Positions 25,001 to 38,467 of a stretch of 64,000 nt of DNA are shown here, piece by piece (position 1 is the first letter of the stretch; each line of letters begins with the position of its first letter). Both the position numbers and the translations under genes were made by a program. Origin of the DNA: Balanoglossus misakiensis (Eukaryota > Animalia > Hemichordata); assembly GCA_040954595.2 (NCBI GenBank), contig CM082582.2:11151483-11215482 (forward strand). Direction: 5' to 3'. A model generated the notes under the pieces. That model did no database searches and had not been told where the DNA came from. It saw only the letters and a program-made list of their open reading frames with translations.

Positions 25001-28000
25001 GCATGCTTTTCAGGGTTCGGTTTATTGCAGCTTTTACCCAGAGTCCATGGCTTTAGATAAGGGTATAACATGCGAACGGCACTAAAGCAGATAGACAGAT
25101 AATTGAGATAAAACTACAATTCCTGAATGTGTCTTAGTACTCCATTGTGTATGTCGGACTTTTAAGAAAGCAGTCGGTTGGGACCAATCTTGCCATATCT
25201 TCAGGTGTACCCAGATCACTTCTTTTCGAGGTCAGACATGTGGAAATCCACATTGGCCATTAGATCTCTACCCCCAGAGGTCAAGGCTTGCGTGGATGAC
25301 CTTTAACGGTGATTGATGTCACTCCATTAGAGTCCTGAAATGTTTTATTTTGTCTCTCGTTAGACGATGTGCCAGGGGGAAGAGGAGGAGGATGATTGTG
25401 TGGACGATGAACAGCAAGCCGAGTATGACGCCATGTTGATTGAGTGCGCCGGTGATGTCGTGCCGTCCCTCGCTGCCGCCATGGGAGGACAGAACTTCGC
25501 GCCCTATTTCGCCGGCTTCCTGCCGATGTTGCTGCCCAAAACTGTAAGTTTTGAAGACCAGTGGATGTCCATGAAAGTGCCTGGATGCAATATACATGTA
25601 CATCACAACTGCATTTCTCCACCAATCCCACAACCCAGCTCCATTCTTCCCAAGCTAATAAAACCCATTAATTATGTTTCATCTTTCTTTTGCCCAGAAC
25701 AAAAGTTGTGTGGTATCAGACAAATCCTTTGCCTTCGGAATCTTGGCCGAGACGATAAAGAACATGGGTCCGGGCGTCGTTCCGTTTGTCCAGCACCTGT
25801 ATCCGGTAATGGTGAACGGAAGCAAGGATGAGGACGAGGAGGTCCGGAATAACGCCGTCTTCGGTCTGGGAGTGTTGGCGGAAAGTAGCCGGGAAACCCT
25901 CTTCGAGTATCCTTTTACACAACAAGATGTTTGTGCACTTGTCCATTTTACAAGCCAGTCCAAACTCAGTCAACATATAACATGTATATTTTGTTGGCAC
26001 AAAATAATATCTGTAAATTCATCTGCAGCCTGGTGGATGGCAAGACTTCTAGAACCGTCCTATGTTATTGATCCTTGACAACGCCTCCTCCAACAGAAAG
26101 TATCCAGAGATTCTCAACATCTTATTTACCCTGGCGTCGAAAGAGCAAAGTAACGCCCAAGTGGTTGACAATATCTGTGCGGCCGTCTGTAGGTTGATTA
26201 TGACAAATATTAGTGGTGTGCCCATGGAACAGGTAAGAAAACAGGATTGTTATCATTCAGCCAATATGTCAGTCAAAAATTTATTTCTTTTTTTACCTGT
26301 ATTATAATTATAGTTATAAAATTGTCATTGTACTTTTAATCCAGATCCCACTGCGGATACCATTTCACTAAAAGACTGACATTTCTTTCTGACAGGAAAT
26401 TATAAATACATAATGCATTGTATGACATTTGTGTAAGTCCATTTTCACTGACGCAAAACTCCAATCCATTCTGTTATGCCTGTGTGTGTGTGTCAAGGCT
26501 TTTAAAAGGGATTTGTCCTTCATTTGGAGGAAACTTAGAGACGATGTTATCTTGCATAATTTACAGAGATTGCAGGGCATTTCCTGATTGAATTTTGTAA
26601 AGGGCTCTTTGATAGTGCGAGAAAACAGTGAGGAAATTACGTGATATACCTGTTGTGGTTATTTGGCAATCGTTCTTGAGCCTTGCAGCTAGAAGTGTTT
26701 TTCTCAGCACACGTCCTGATTTGGTCTTAATTTGATCGGCTCTGGGCAGAATTTAATCTCGTCCTATGCACACAAAAGCTTTTTTTTACGATGGCAAACG
26801 AAGTTTATAATAGTATCACCACAAAATGTCTTTTTGGGGAAGCAGTGAGCCCATATTATCAGCTCCCTGCAATACACTCAAGGCAAAAAAACCATGTTAT
26901 TAGTTGGCACTTCATTGCGACATACATGTACATGAATCCTGTAGCTGTGCCTAAGGCTTTTGCATGTTAGCATACGCCAACACTCATTCGCCAGTAACCC
27001 CTGATGGTCCGGCCACGAGCAAATCAAATTTCCTGTTTTTCAAATCTCTTTTGTCGTGCGCAGCAGGATCTGCCACCTTCAATAGCTGCGCGTCAGCCGT
27101 CCAATTAGTCCGCAATGTCAGGCTGGCGTTTCCGATCAGGTCGCTGACTTCAATCCGTGGATCGCCTATTCTGTGTGGAAGTCTTTTTTGAATGCGGAAA
27201 GGAGAACACACGACAATACTAATTAACTTCACATCAGCTTGTTTAGATCGAAGCTTCTGGCGACTGTGTTTTACAGCTGGTAATTATAGTGTTTAGTCGC
27301 AAATTGCATTGAAAGTTGACTCTGAGGCTTTCTGACATGGCCTCTCGCCGTAAAGATATACTGTTGATGTTACCCGGCATTCATGGGTGTAATATTTGCG
27401 TCTCTGAAAGGGAAAACACAATTTTCTGTTTTTCTATCTTATTTTGTGGATGTGTCGCTGTGTTCTCTTATGCATATCCGTTGTTGTCCCCCATCACCTG
27501 GTATGCCCATGAGCAGCTGTATGCTGGGCGGAACAGATTGTGCTGTTGCACTAAAGAGGAATCAGTGGCCAATTATCCCTTACAAATTGAAGGTGGTCTT
27601 GGAAGGTTCAATGTGGCTATCACTGTCAAGATTACAAGCAACCACCCGGCTTTCTATGGTTTATTGTCACCTGACCCCAAAAAAGCTGCTTCTGTTTCGA
27701 TTTCTGTGATACTTATCTTTCACTGCCAGAGGGAATCAACAAAACATCGCATCTTCATTATCTTCCCTCCCCGCCCAAATTTTCCATAGCAACCATCGCC
27801 AGTAGCGATATTTGAATCCCACGGCGTCACCTTGAACCGTGAATAAACGTGAATCATTCGGAACATGATCGTTTGGCGTCTCCCAACAGGTGTTCCCGGT
27901 GCTGATGCAGTGTCTGCCACTGAAGAAAGACTTTGAAGAGAACGCCACAGTGTTCAACTGTCTTGTGTATCTGTTCAACAATCAACATCCGCTAATCATG

Positions 28001-28723
28001 CAACAGCTTCCGCAGATCCTCAGTATAGTCGGCCATGTTCTTGGGACGGAACAGATCAAAGCAGGTACGTGGGTAGGAGTTGTTCTCAGTAATCAATGGG
28101 ACTTGACTTAAGTTTCTTGTACATCATAACGACCTGTACATGATCATATCTATATACACACAGCAAAGTTATATCACAAAGACGTGACCCCTGTGCCTGT
28201 GGGGAACGCCAGGAATCAGAATGTATCCTGCACGAAATGGGGTCTAAAATGTCATGTTTGCAACTTTTCCACTATGCCACTTCCAGAATAACAGTGTTGC
28301 ATATGTGTTGTGACTCAGAGGTGTGTAGTCTGAGATCGCAACGTGACATGGCGCCAACTTGGTACCTGTTATTCGACACTGTAATTCTAGTATAAATTTG
28401 TTCGGTTTCTGCAAGTGCCTGGTCATGAGTAAGATTAATGGCCACCACTGAGACATGCATCTGTGAAAGCTGGAGACCGTATCACACAGTGCAAAGCCAG
28501 CCTTTCGTGTTTCACATTTCAATTCTGATTTTCACTTTAAACTGTGAGATTGAGATGTACATGGATTCTGTTGTGTTGTGCTCGATTTTCAGAAACACAG
28601 GTCTTGCTGATACAGATGGTCAAGCAAATGGAACAGCAGTCTCCAGAAATCTTCCAGAACACCCTGGCTTCGCTTCCGCAGGAACTGGTCACAAAACTGT
28701 CGGCTGCAGCATCAAGCCAGTAA
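4086..28723 (+). CDS. IPO4: Importin-4 (karyopherin-beta family, HEAT repeats), 23 coding exons, ~1082 aa
   Basis: Exons 4086-4151, 4889-4975, 5186-5307, 5502-5634, 5893-6029, 6280-6322, 6463-6630, 6731-6814, 6940-7086, 7302-7465, 8964-9214, 9437-9670, 10012-10135, 11950-12061, 12225-12334, 12734-12811, 14282-14445, 14896-15089, 25364-25543, 25698-25906, 26097-26232, 27890-28064, 28593-28723. All are GT-AG and phase-consistent (3249 nt). Peptides: MASSLEEILQKLLVPDNAVIQQAT, IRQFGAVLLRRR, VVRNAALFTLGQFSEHLQP, YYALEMFCENLG, EQQAEYDAMLIECAGD, DEEVRNNAVFGLGVLAE, DNICAAVCRLI. Confidence 0.95.
4483..4528. mobile_element. 46-bp miniature inverted-repeat element (TAG...CTA ends, 10-bp TSD; AcademH-like non-autonomous) in IPO4 intron 1
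   Basis: Perfect 12-bp TIR tagctctgcgta / tacgcagagcta, flanked by perfect direct repeat tatccaatca at 4473-4482 and 4529-4538. Confidence 0.8.
16603..19621 (+). repeat. Minisatellite, ~120 x 25-bp palindromic unit CAGACCTG-(CAC/CCA)-CAGGTCTG-(TCCTGT/TTCTGA/ATCTGT)
   Basis: Unit starts checked at 16653, 16678, 16903, 18978, 19428 and 19603 are all 3 mod 25. Confidence 0.97.
19716..19941. mobile_element. Possible degenerate MITE nested in the central spacer of the foldback element
   Basis: Imperfect inverted ends aggggagaaccattgtatttttgggg ... cccccaaatcgaatggtccccccc; no clear TSD. Confidence 0.35.
20525..20842 (-). repeat. Inverted copy of the 25-bp array (~12-13 more diverged units)
   Basis: Units at 20550, 20575 ... 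20800, 20825 with linker ACAGGA (reverse complement of TCCTGT) and loops GTG/TGG/CTG. Confidence 0.95.
25907..26096 (+). other. IPO4: U12-type (minor spliceosome) GT-AG intron, IPO4 intron 20
   Basis: 5'SS GTATCCTTT at 25907; branch site TCCTTGAC at 26072-26079; CAG end at 26096; the splice restores the frame (FE-KYPE). Confidence 0.88.
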
Positions 28724-29389
28724 CGTCATTTCACACAAGTGCATTGTGTGTAATTATCAAGAATCTTCCGTAAGGTTATCACCCAAGAAATGCAAACTGC
28801 CGTTTTACGCAAGCATTATTTAGTGTCGTTTTTTTATTTATTTTTAATGACTCTGTGTCAGATTTTGCATGGACTGACCTTCGGAGAGTTTGCAATATAA
28901 CCTTCTAGCCTACAACTGACAGCATGCGACTTCTTAAAATGGAATTTTCTAGCTGCAGAACGTCACATCACAATACGACATGACAGCTCTTTCTTTGTGA
29001 AAAAAAATCTTGGCTGTTAAAAATCCATTGTGTTTTAGTGGTATTACCTTATAAGTATGATTATTTGAAGCTCGTTATACAAGAACCCATTTCCATTTTG
29101 TTACCTATAATTATGCAAAATTTCACAAATTTTTTACCCTTGTAACAAGGGCACACACACATTTAACATAGAGATACTTCAAAACAAGGTAATGCCACAT
29201 CAATATCTTCACAAATACTTGTGTTGGCTAATAATCATTATCTTTGACACCTTATGCAATGTCAGGATTAATAGAAATAGATAATCATGGCATGATATTG
29301 TAGAAGAATTTCTACTGTATAAAATCTAGCTGTATGTAATAAGTTAATTGCAGAATTTCTAGTCACAGTTTGATATTTTCTGAAGCTGT

Positions 29390-29395
29390 ATTAAA
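29390..29395 (+). terminator. Candidate IPO4 polyadenylation signal (ATTAAA) with downstream GT-rich element
   Basis: ATTAAA followed by ggtttgtgtttgtggg ~13 nt later, ~670 nt after the stop. Confidence 0.35.
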
Positions 29396-32300
29396 CGTTA
29401 AATGATAGGTTTGTGTTTGTGGGCAGGTTATTAGCTCTTGTGTGGAGCTTATAACAGATGCTGTTTTCAAATGCTCAAATATTATTTCCCACATACAAAG
29501 AAACAGAAGGGACATGCGCAGTCATGCTCTCTCCATCTCCTGCAACCAGGAAACTCATATGGTTCTCTTGTTTATCCGTTTCCATGCTTTGTTTCCACCT
29601 TCCTCTCGCCAGAGGGGTCGGAATAAAATCCACTCGACAATACATGCTGGTAAAATTAGAATATGAAGGATGAGTCTTATAGTCTCTCGCTGCACACACT
29701 CAGCGAGATCTGATCGTGTCCTCTCCGTTCGCCTGCGGTGATGATTTACTCTTCTGCGATCATCACTAGTACAACCACTTGCAATCTGCGGTTCTGGAGC
29801 GAGCGGCGAGGCCAGCAGTTCAATTCTGGTCCCCTTTCATTGAAACCGAATAAAAAATTTACCCGCAAGATCCAGGTTCATCCATTAGCTATTCATATAA
29901 CGGATATGTTTATTCAGCCCTTGTGCATAAAATGAAAATTTAATGAAATGACAGAAGAACACACAACTTTCATTATTGATGTCTAAGTCGGTTGGCCTTT
30001 TCCTCTTGCGAGAACAAACAACATGTTGAGGAAACCAGACGAAATAAATCTTGCCCCACGGTTTCCTCTATTACTGGCAAAAAGCTCCAAGACTGCTGTT
30101 CATTATTTCGATATCTGCATTAGGATTTCATCTGTCATGGCTGTAAACTCGCACTGTGATGGGTGAAGTAATCTTCGTATTTATCTAGTACGCCGGAAAT
30201 TGTGACGCAAACTGCATTTTTTATTTCAGGTGGACTAACGTACATGTAGTATTTGCTGAACACAAGTAAATCGCATTCGGAAAAGTAAACTGCCCCATGG
30301 CATATACTATCAGTTAATTCCACTCACGTAGAGAGGTTGTCAACGGAGCATCGTTCACTCTTGTTCAAAGCGAGAACAAGAACAAAAGCAGAGAGATGTA
30401 AGCCTTTCTGTACAGACAGCCAGTGTCAAAAGGAATGCATAATCACAAGACTTTCATGTTTTTCTGTAATAAGATTATGCTCAGCTCAGGTCGTGGCTGC
30501 TTTGCTTTGCTTACTGCATCGACAAATCGATAGAATACCAGCGAATGAAATTTGCATCTCCATTCAGGTTCTGCATTATAAACACACGTGTGGGTTATCG
30601 TCGTTGACATCATCAATAAGTCTTTTTAAATTGTCGAGAATCTTCCAAATTAAAATATTTCCATCGTAACTTTTTTCGTGGATATCCGAGGATTTTCCTC
30701 TTATACTGTAACATGGTTTTGCATTGCCCCCCCCCCCCCGAAAATAGTTTTGCATTGCCCCCCCCCCCCAGTGAAAATCCTGGTTATCCCTGCCTGAATG
30801 TTTAACAACGAATGACAGGGAAGGATTGCCGGGGAGACCGAGCTAAGATCACGAGGGGGCACTGACGTGTAAATAGAGTGGGTAGAAATAGCATGCACCG
30901 GTGATTAATGTGTATTAAACGCTCTTTATGTGAGAAAACACCGTATCTCAATTTCCTGTCGTGTTGATTCTGCGCAGTAAACATGTTGAGTGACTGTCGC
31001 AATTGCGGTTCGAGCGTCTGCAATTGCTACTAGACTCCCCGTTGAAACAGAACACACTATATCTGTCAGTGGTTCATTATTTTTAGAGTAATCAAATATT
31101 GATGCGGTAAACCAGAATGAAGAAGATTTCACAGAGTGGAGAATTGAGCCTTTTCATTTGCTTGTAATCCTTCCTGCGGGGTTGCTTTTTTTCTCCGGGG
31201 TTATCCCTTTTTAATGTGGGCGCGTGTTTAGAAATTTTCGCCCCGTAAAACGTAAAACACGTTTCTTGAGAAAGAAAACTTTCCTTGTATGTCTGTCTGT
31301 CTGTCTGCCTGCCGCGGCCACACGCGTAAAATGTCACGTGACAAATTTCAGAAAATCGAGACAGGCAATCTTCCAAATGGCATTGAAAGACAAGTCCCGT
31401 ACAACCTACCGTATAGAGGTCTTAAATATAAATCATTTTTTATTCACGTCTCGTTTCCGTTTGTTTCCCCCAGCTGAAACACAGCCTTAATTTGTCTGTA
31501 AATATTTGAATGCGTGTACTATTCGCGGCCGACATTCTAAATTGGAAAAGGTTAGACTAGTGTACTCAAAGTCAACTTCTAAATGGATTTGCAGCCGAGA
31601 AAACAACCATGTCAGCGTTTCCAAGGAAGTACCATGGCAGCGCCACCCCTTTTTAATCCCATGTAGCGCTGAAATACGAAAGTATATTTAGCTTACTGAG
31701 TTTTAATTATAGTTTTATCGCCAGAAGATTAAATGTTTTCTGTCAAAAGTTTCTAAATATATGGAAGATAGGAAGTGGTAGCATCAGACTCTTAACTTGG
31801 ATGGATCACAGACTTTTTAGGTTGATGTACTTTTAACTTTTAACAGAGTAACTTTGCAGGACTTAGATTGGGGTTGTTTTATGGTGGTTTATTGCCAAGT
31901 TATTGTTGGCGCCGGAGGAAATGAAGTAAGAACCATCGTATTCCCGTTTTTTCGCTATTTTTAGACTTCTTCTCGTTTTGTGGGAATATCAAGTTAAGAA
32001 AATCATCATTACAAATCATAAACCGAGACGAGAGATCTCGTTAGTTTATGCTTCTCTACCCTAGACGGGACTCTACTGGGATCAAAGTATGGACGTCGTC
32101 AAAAATTGAAATTAGTCTCCGTCAACCCTGCTCCGTTGATCATCATTAAAGACGTGGCCTTTTGTCGAAAGGTTTCGTGACGTCAGCGGGCAAAGGTCGT
32201 CCAGGGTAGTAATCAGGCCCGAGTGCCTCTCTTTATGAGTAACTTGTACAGACGATGACAAGGAGAAAGCTTGTCGTGAGTTTTGCATGACAAGAGTTCT

Positions 32301-35300
32301 GATGAGTGTCTGTAACTTTTATAAAAACAAATTACGTATGCATTCCCCACACTGACATATGCGCATGTTCCAATGGTGTATAGGCCTAAAGAAACCTCAA
32401 GTTCTCCAAAAAATGAAGTTCAACGCGACACACAAGCGCGAACCACCTGTTAGCCATGCGCCACTTTCTCAAGCATTCGCTAGTAAACTCACTTCGGTTT
32501 TGTAACCATTCTGATTTTGATCGCCATTTCCATTTTGTTTCGCCAATTACTTCGTATAGCGATCGTCATGAAGCATTAATCCCAAATCGCGAACACTTTG
32601 TACAAACACAATTAATGTGTTTTCGATTGCAAGAAATAGAACCATTAGCCACAGCACCGCGGTTTGTTTTGTCATGTGGAATAAAAGTTGCCTTGCACGA
32701 ATCACTAATAGTGGAGATACGAGTTTTGAATGTAAGTTGGTACTAATTCGATCTAAAACAGATCTAAGCAAGTTTACGACAGTTTCAATCAACCTTGTAC
32801 TCTGCACCAGGACCTGATACAAGAGCGATTTTTTTTTCTGTTGTGCTCTGTTGAAATTATAGACATCTATCTCCATCGTCATGCCATGGATCACTTTTAG
32901 CAGCCGCTTACCGCGCAACTATCGTTCACTAGACTTAAATTGCATTAGGTCGTATCAAAGCTGAAGTGAGACGCCGGTTGATTGAAATGTGAGTTGAAAC
33001 GTGTCTGAAATCTTGAAGGTGGTCGTTGTTTATCTTGCTAGATTCACTTCTCGCTTAAATCTCGCTTTTTAATATCCTTTCAAAAATTGAAGACGCGTAT
33101 TGGCCCGTGAAAGTTTTACATTTATTTGGACAAAGCAACGTACACGGGTAAATAACAATTTTATTGGACGCATTTCACGAGAGACTTTCGATTTAATTGA
33201 CGCCTTTACCGAGGTCTTTAAAGCCAAGTTTATAACTATTACTTGAGTGAATACAACCTGCAATCCCGTTAACTACGTTTAATTACGCGAGATTCTGACG
33301 TGTTAACGACATGACCGATAATTCGAAGGTTTAACGCGGTAATGTTCTGGATTACATAGTTCTTCTTTCCACAAAAATAGCTATTACGAGACGCATAGGT
33401 AACGATGTTTACGACTTAGAAAAGTCCGATTTGGACATTTCTGCGATGAACGTAGATTCCATTTAACAGTCGCCCAACAGAAGGATTTAAGAAAAAAAAG
33501 AAACCAGGTAAACGCCAAATGCGATCTACTCCCCAGGCCCAATCACTCTCACTGAAAACATCGCTACTGGTTGTATACGTTCAACGTTGATTGCATTTTC
33601 AATGATTGCAGACAGACTAGACACGGAATCGCTAAACGCCTAGCCGCGCGTCTTTCTTTTAACTAAAACCGACTATTAGACTAAGTGACGTTATATACTG
33701 AAGGACAAGTTTTAAATGAAAACCTGATTTTTTCTGACTCAAACCAGTCTAACATAGTCCAATGCTAGCGAAAAGAAACTCAGTCAACAACTGTGAATTG
33801 TACATGCATGTTAATATGCCACGGGCGAGATTTGGGGTTCCCGTGTAATCATCCCCTAGACAGTGAGAGACAGCAGGTTCTAGTCTGTTAACTGGCCATG
33901 TCTACGTGCCTGTTATTGCGAAACATCCAGAAATCGCTTCCAGAAGTAAAGCCAATTATACATCAAGCTGGATGCATTTTTGGAGGGCTTAATTTTGACA
34001 TTTTAAAAGGCCGGAAGTCTTAGCAGTGCGGTTTTTTCCTGTTGATATTATCACGGAGGTGGGAGTGAGTAACCCGATGTAAAGTTCTGTAATGACGATC
34101 AAAATGCGCCAACTTCAGACCGCCGATGTCAATCGAGATCCACGGGAGACTTAGCTTCATTTCCACGACTACTTTGGACAAATCACCCGTGACTCTCTCG
34201 AAAGGAGACACCTCGTTAGTGGCCTTACCACGAAATGCCACGGTTCGTTTGGCAATATACTGAGAAACGCTCACCTAAATTACAGAAACCCGTGCCCTAA
34301 ATGAACCTGGTGCAAAGACAGCGGGGATTTAATGAAAATCGATCTCTGGCGGCAAGATAGCGACACGAAGATCCCTACACGATCAATATGCACATAGCCC
34401 TACAAGTACAGGATGCCTTGTGAGCGCACTCAAAACGTGGGTTTCAAGGCGGAAACAGCGAAGAAGCAAATATTGAATTGAAAATCACTAAAAGAAATTG
34501 ATCAATATTCTTCATGAAATGATTGTTTCTCAGCGGATGTCGATTAACGTAGCGTTTGTTTTAGACTTAGGTCTGTGTATAATAACTACTTAACAGTAAA
34601 GCTACGAACCAAAGTAAAATATTCATCAGTAATTACATTTCCGTAACAACCTTTTTAAGAATTCTGTTGATGAGCAATTTTCGCCTTTATCTGGCTTATC
34701 TTCGAAGTGGGAAGTTTGTTACGTAAATGATATGGGGAATTAATGCCGCATAATTACTGAAACTGAATAAATCTACTAGAGAAGTAATGTGAAATCGTTC
34801 AAGTGAAAATTTGGGCATTATGTTCCTGATAGACGGTGCATTATTTACACATTCATTTCCACAGGCTCACAAATATATTGGCCAGGTAATTTCATAGAAG
34901 TGCTCCTCATATGCTTATTCGTGTAGCTTCTTGCGCATTTCCGCAGGCAAAGCACGTACTGCAGGGAGTTAGAAAACAAAGTTTTGATTACCGCGAAAAC
35001 GAGTGAAAGTACGAGCTGATCTCTTCCCACGAAACCATTAATTTTGTGATTAACTACCTCACTGACAGAAATCAACCCAGAAAATAATTTCTGTAATTAG
35101 GTTTTATGATTACCAAAAGAGCATCGAGCGATTCCGATCTTTTTTTCTCTCGGGTTCCCCCGAGAGTTTGTGTATTATGCCGTGAAGGGTATTTAAACGA
35201 TTATTGAGTGTAACCCCGCGCTATCACGACTAATCTTGGCATCGTATACCTGTCTACAGAGTACTTTGCGCCTGAGTTGTTAATGAAGTCTGATAAAACT

Positions 35301-35322
35301 GGGGGGTTGGGGGGGGGGGGGG
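35301..35322. repeat. Poly-G tract (G-quadruplex-capable)
   Basis: ggggggttgggggggggggggg. Confidence 0.85.
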
Positions 35323-36677
35323 TTGAGAGATGGTATTGTTAAATATTGCACTCCACGCATTAGCCAGTTCTCACGACTGACAGGGATTATTTTTTTTCAC
35401 AGTCACGTTCGGAGATTAAAGCCCCATTAGCTGTAACTTTTTGTATTTTTTCTTCGTTACGACGTTTTTTCATCAAAATAACTCATGTAAAAGCGCGACC
35501 ACGGGCAAATTTTCACTGTAGTCGAGCTAACGACCCGTGCGAGCGGACGATGGGTCCGATAAAGCATCGAGATTGCACAGAACGGAATAGGTTTGCTCAA
35601 TGACGCCCCGAACTTGTGCCATATATATTTATCAATGCATGAAAACTTGTGTGTATATAATTGTAATTTGTCCTCTTCTTGCACAATTTGTATTTTAGCG
35701 TGAAATTAATCTCGGCATTTAATAACCGGACGGCGTGGCCACTACCGAGACACTTTACTCGAGCACGAACCTTTTAGAAATAAAAGAGGGTTGCCCTCTT
35801 CATTCATTCCCACGATGCGTTTATACACCCCCGCCTGCGATTTAACGTAAACCGTACCGGTAAATGCGAGGCAGATTTTACCGCCTGGAGGCACACGAAA
35901 GTCGTGACCTGCGTTTTCTCCGTTCTCTTGTCCTCCGCACGCACTTCTGGCAAAAATTGGAAATCCGACGGGTGCCAGCTCCTTGGATGGGTCGGAGGGT
36001 AGGCGTGAGTGAAAATCGTGCTCCTCTCGGGTGGCGGAGCATTATGAAGAGCCGGTATAAAGTTCGATAGCTGATATTTTTTGTTGTCTTTTATAAAGCG
36101 GAGCACACACTCGAGAGTGTTGGATTTACGTCATCAGCTCATAGTACCGCGTTGTCTAAGTTAGGATCTCGTGTAAAACAGCCACTACACACTTAGGGGA
36201 ACACGCTATAATTGCAGTGTACACTATCATGGCAATTTCTTTCAACGACGAGTTACTCAGAGAAGATGTATTCGGGGATTTGCAAATGATTCATTCTTCG
36301 AACCTGCAATTAAATTGTAGAACGCCTTGCAGGTGGCGAGCACCGCTGAAAACGTCTCAGGCAAATCTGGTTCTGAATTGGCTGTCTTCTGGTAGCATAT
36401 TTTGAATGTACAGCACGTGTGTGGATGGGAGCAGATGCGTCCGAGTTGACGCGAAACACGCGACTTTGTGTAACTCACGCGTCTGGTTTTCTCGTGACGT
36501 TGGTCTTTGAGAGACTCAGACAAAGCACCATTAAACCTCGCCGTTGCTGATAAAAAAACTGGTTGTGCATTTAAAATCGAGGAAATGCGCAATTTCCAAA
36601 TACCATTAATGGTCAATTGACTATGCACTGTGATTATCTAACGATACATTTCGATTGTGTGCACCCAATTCTTCCCG

Positions 36678-36746
36678 TCACGTGTTAACTTCACGTGTTT
36701 TGTTGGAAAAAAATAAATTAGTCTGATTAATTACGTGAAACGTGAG
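36678..36746. promoter_or_regulatory. Tandem E-box pair CACGTG-N7-CACGTG (36679-36697) with adjacent E-box-like ACGTG sites
   Basis: tcacgtgttaacttcacgtg; ttacgtgaaacgtgag at 36731-36746. Confidence 0.5.
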
Positions 36747-38467
36747 ATATTTCCATTTCGAACGGATTACATATTTAGATATATTTGCAAATAAAATTGT
36801 AGTTATATTTGGAGATGCGTGATGGCTGTAAGATTGAGAACAAAATCTAGATTTTCCTATAATATTCGCACCATTAAAAATGCCATTCGTCATCAAGTCT
36901 TGTGTACATCCTACGTGGAGTGATTCGATTCTTCGCAGACAATTTAATCGATGGAATGTGACGTTAGTTACAGACTAGACGTGGCATGGACATGTCAAAC
37001 TCTCTTAATATCGTCATAACTACTTTTTTGTGATGGTGCAAAAGCAATAATCATGACCGTGGCAAACCGCACTGTTGGTGCAAACGTGTTTGGGTACACA
37101 TGTCACCAAACTATCAAAGCTTTTGCTGACAAATCATCAGTCAGCAGACGACATTTCATGGACAGAACTGATAAGTTGAGTATAAATGCAGTAGCTTTTG
37201 CGAGTAATGAGTATGGACCTGAATATTGAGGCAAAGCGAACTTTTGCGTCGTCTCTCACAGACTTACTTAATACAGACCACTGAAAAAAACATCTACTCC
37301 CAGACTGGTGTAAAGTTGTGTTATATAGAGAAGGAAGTATAAACACAATAATTCATTGGGGGGGGGGGGAATCTGAACATGGTTCGTGTTTTATCGGTCA
37401 TGCGTGTACACGGAACACACTGATGATGTCGTCGATTTAACTAGAGTCTTGGAAGTAAATTACCCACTCATCCATTCTATGCGTACTCGCTTTCGTGCAA
37501 TGATTGTTTTACCTGACCAGAATCGTGAAAGCGTGACACTATAATATGTTTACTTTCACCACCAAGGTCGCCAAACTAATGGAAACATAGCACACATCTA
37601 GCTGTAATAGAAATCGTAAATTTCGCTGACATCGACTAAATAAATATTACGTGCTTTATCACGTCGATCGAGGGCATCGCATGAGCAAAGCTTTCATGCG
37701 CTGAATCATCGAAAAATTATCAGGGTAGGATCGAGAATGTTTTTCACATGAATTAATGTGTTTTCATCATAAAATATACACCCGCCTTAATTATCGGCTT
37801 ATGAAATCTGAAGGTCTGTAAAATTTATGGCCCGGACAAAGATAACATAACATGAATCCGGGAAGTTTTGTCTCAAAATTGGACAGCTGCGCGATTATGT
37901 GACGTGCAACTCTGACTGTTGATCGATGGGAAAATACCTAAGGGGTCTGTTCAGAATAACGGCGGGTTAAGGTGTTTCTCTCTCTCATCAAGGGTACGTT
38001 GCTATTAGCTGCAGTGGTGCAGTGCGGCTGAGAGCGGACGGTCTGTACGTGTATATGTGCGGAGCTTCTTAAGCGACGTCGGTAAAAAACACGGATTAAC
38101 CCTGAAACGGTCAGTATACCGACGGTAGTCAATTTTTCCCTGCTTCTCACAACTTTCCGCATACGCCACGCATGTGGAATTCGTGAACACCTGCCTTTGC
38201 GGTTTTGTATTTTTGAAACTGGCGGTGGCCGATCGAGTGATGGCGATGGAGGAATCGTATCATAACGCGGTGGGCAGCGATGCATAGTTAGTATCTGTGC
38301 TCCCCGGCTTGGTCGCATCAGGACTGTTTTAAGGAGAACAGATCGATAACCGACCTTCATTCTCCGATAACGACGCGGGATGGTGTGATATGTTTATCGG
38401 ACCGGTTGTTTAAACCACCGTCCTTCTACATTTACGACTGATTTCTGTTGATGTGCTCTTTTTGGTC

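Noticed and set aside
29680-29813. Possible second TAG-terminated MITE (tagtctctcgctgc...gcggcgaggcca)
   Set aside because: Inverted ends are too degenerate and no TSD is visible
37160-37176. Resemblance to miR-184 (tggacagaactgataag)
   Set aside because: 2-nt deletion affecting the seed and no convincing hairpin partner arm
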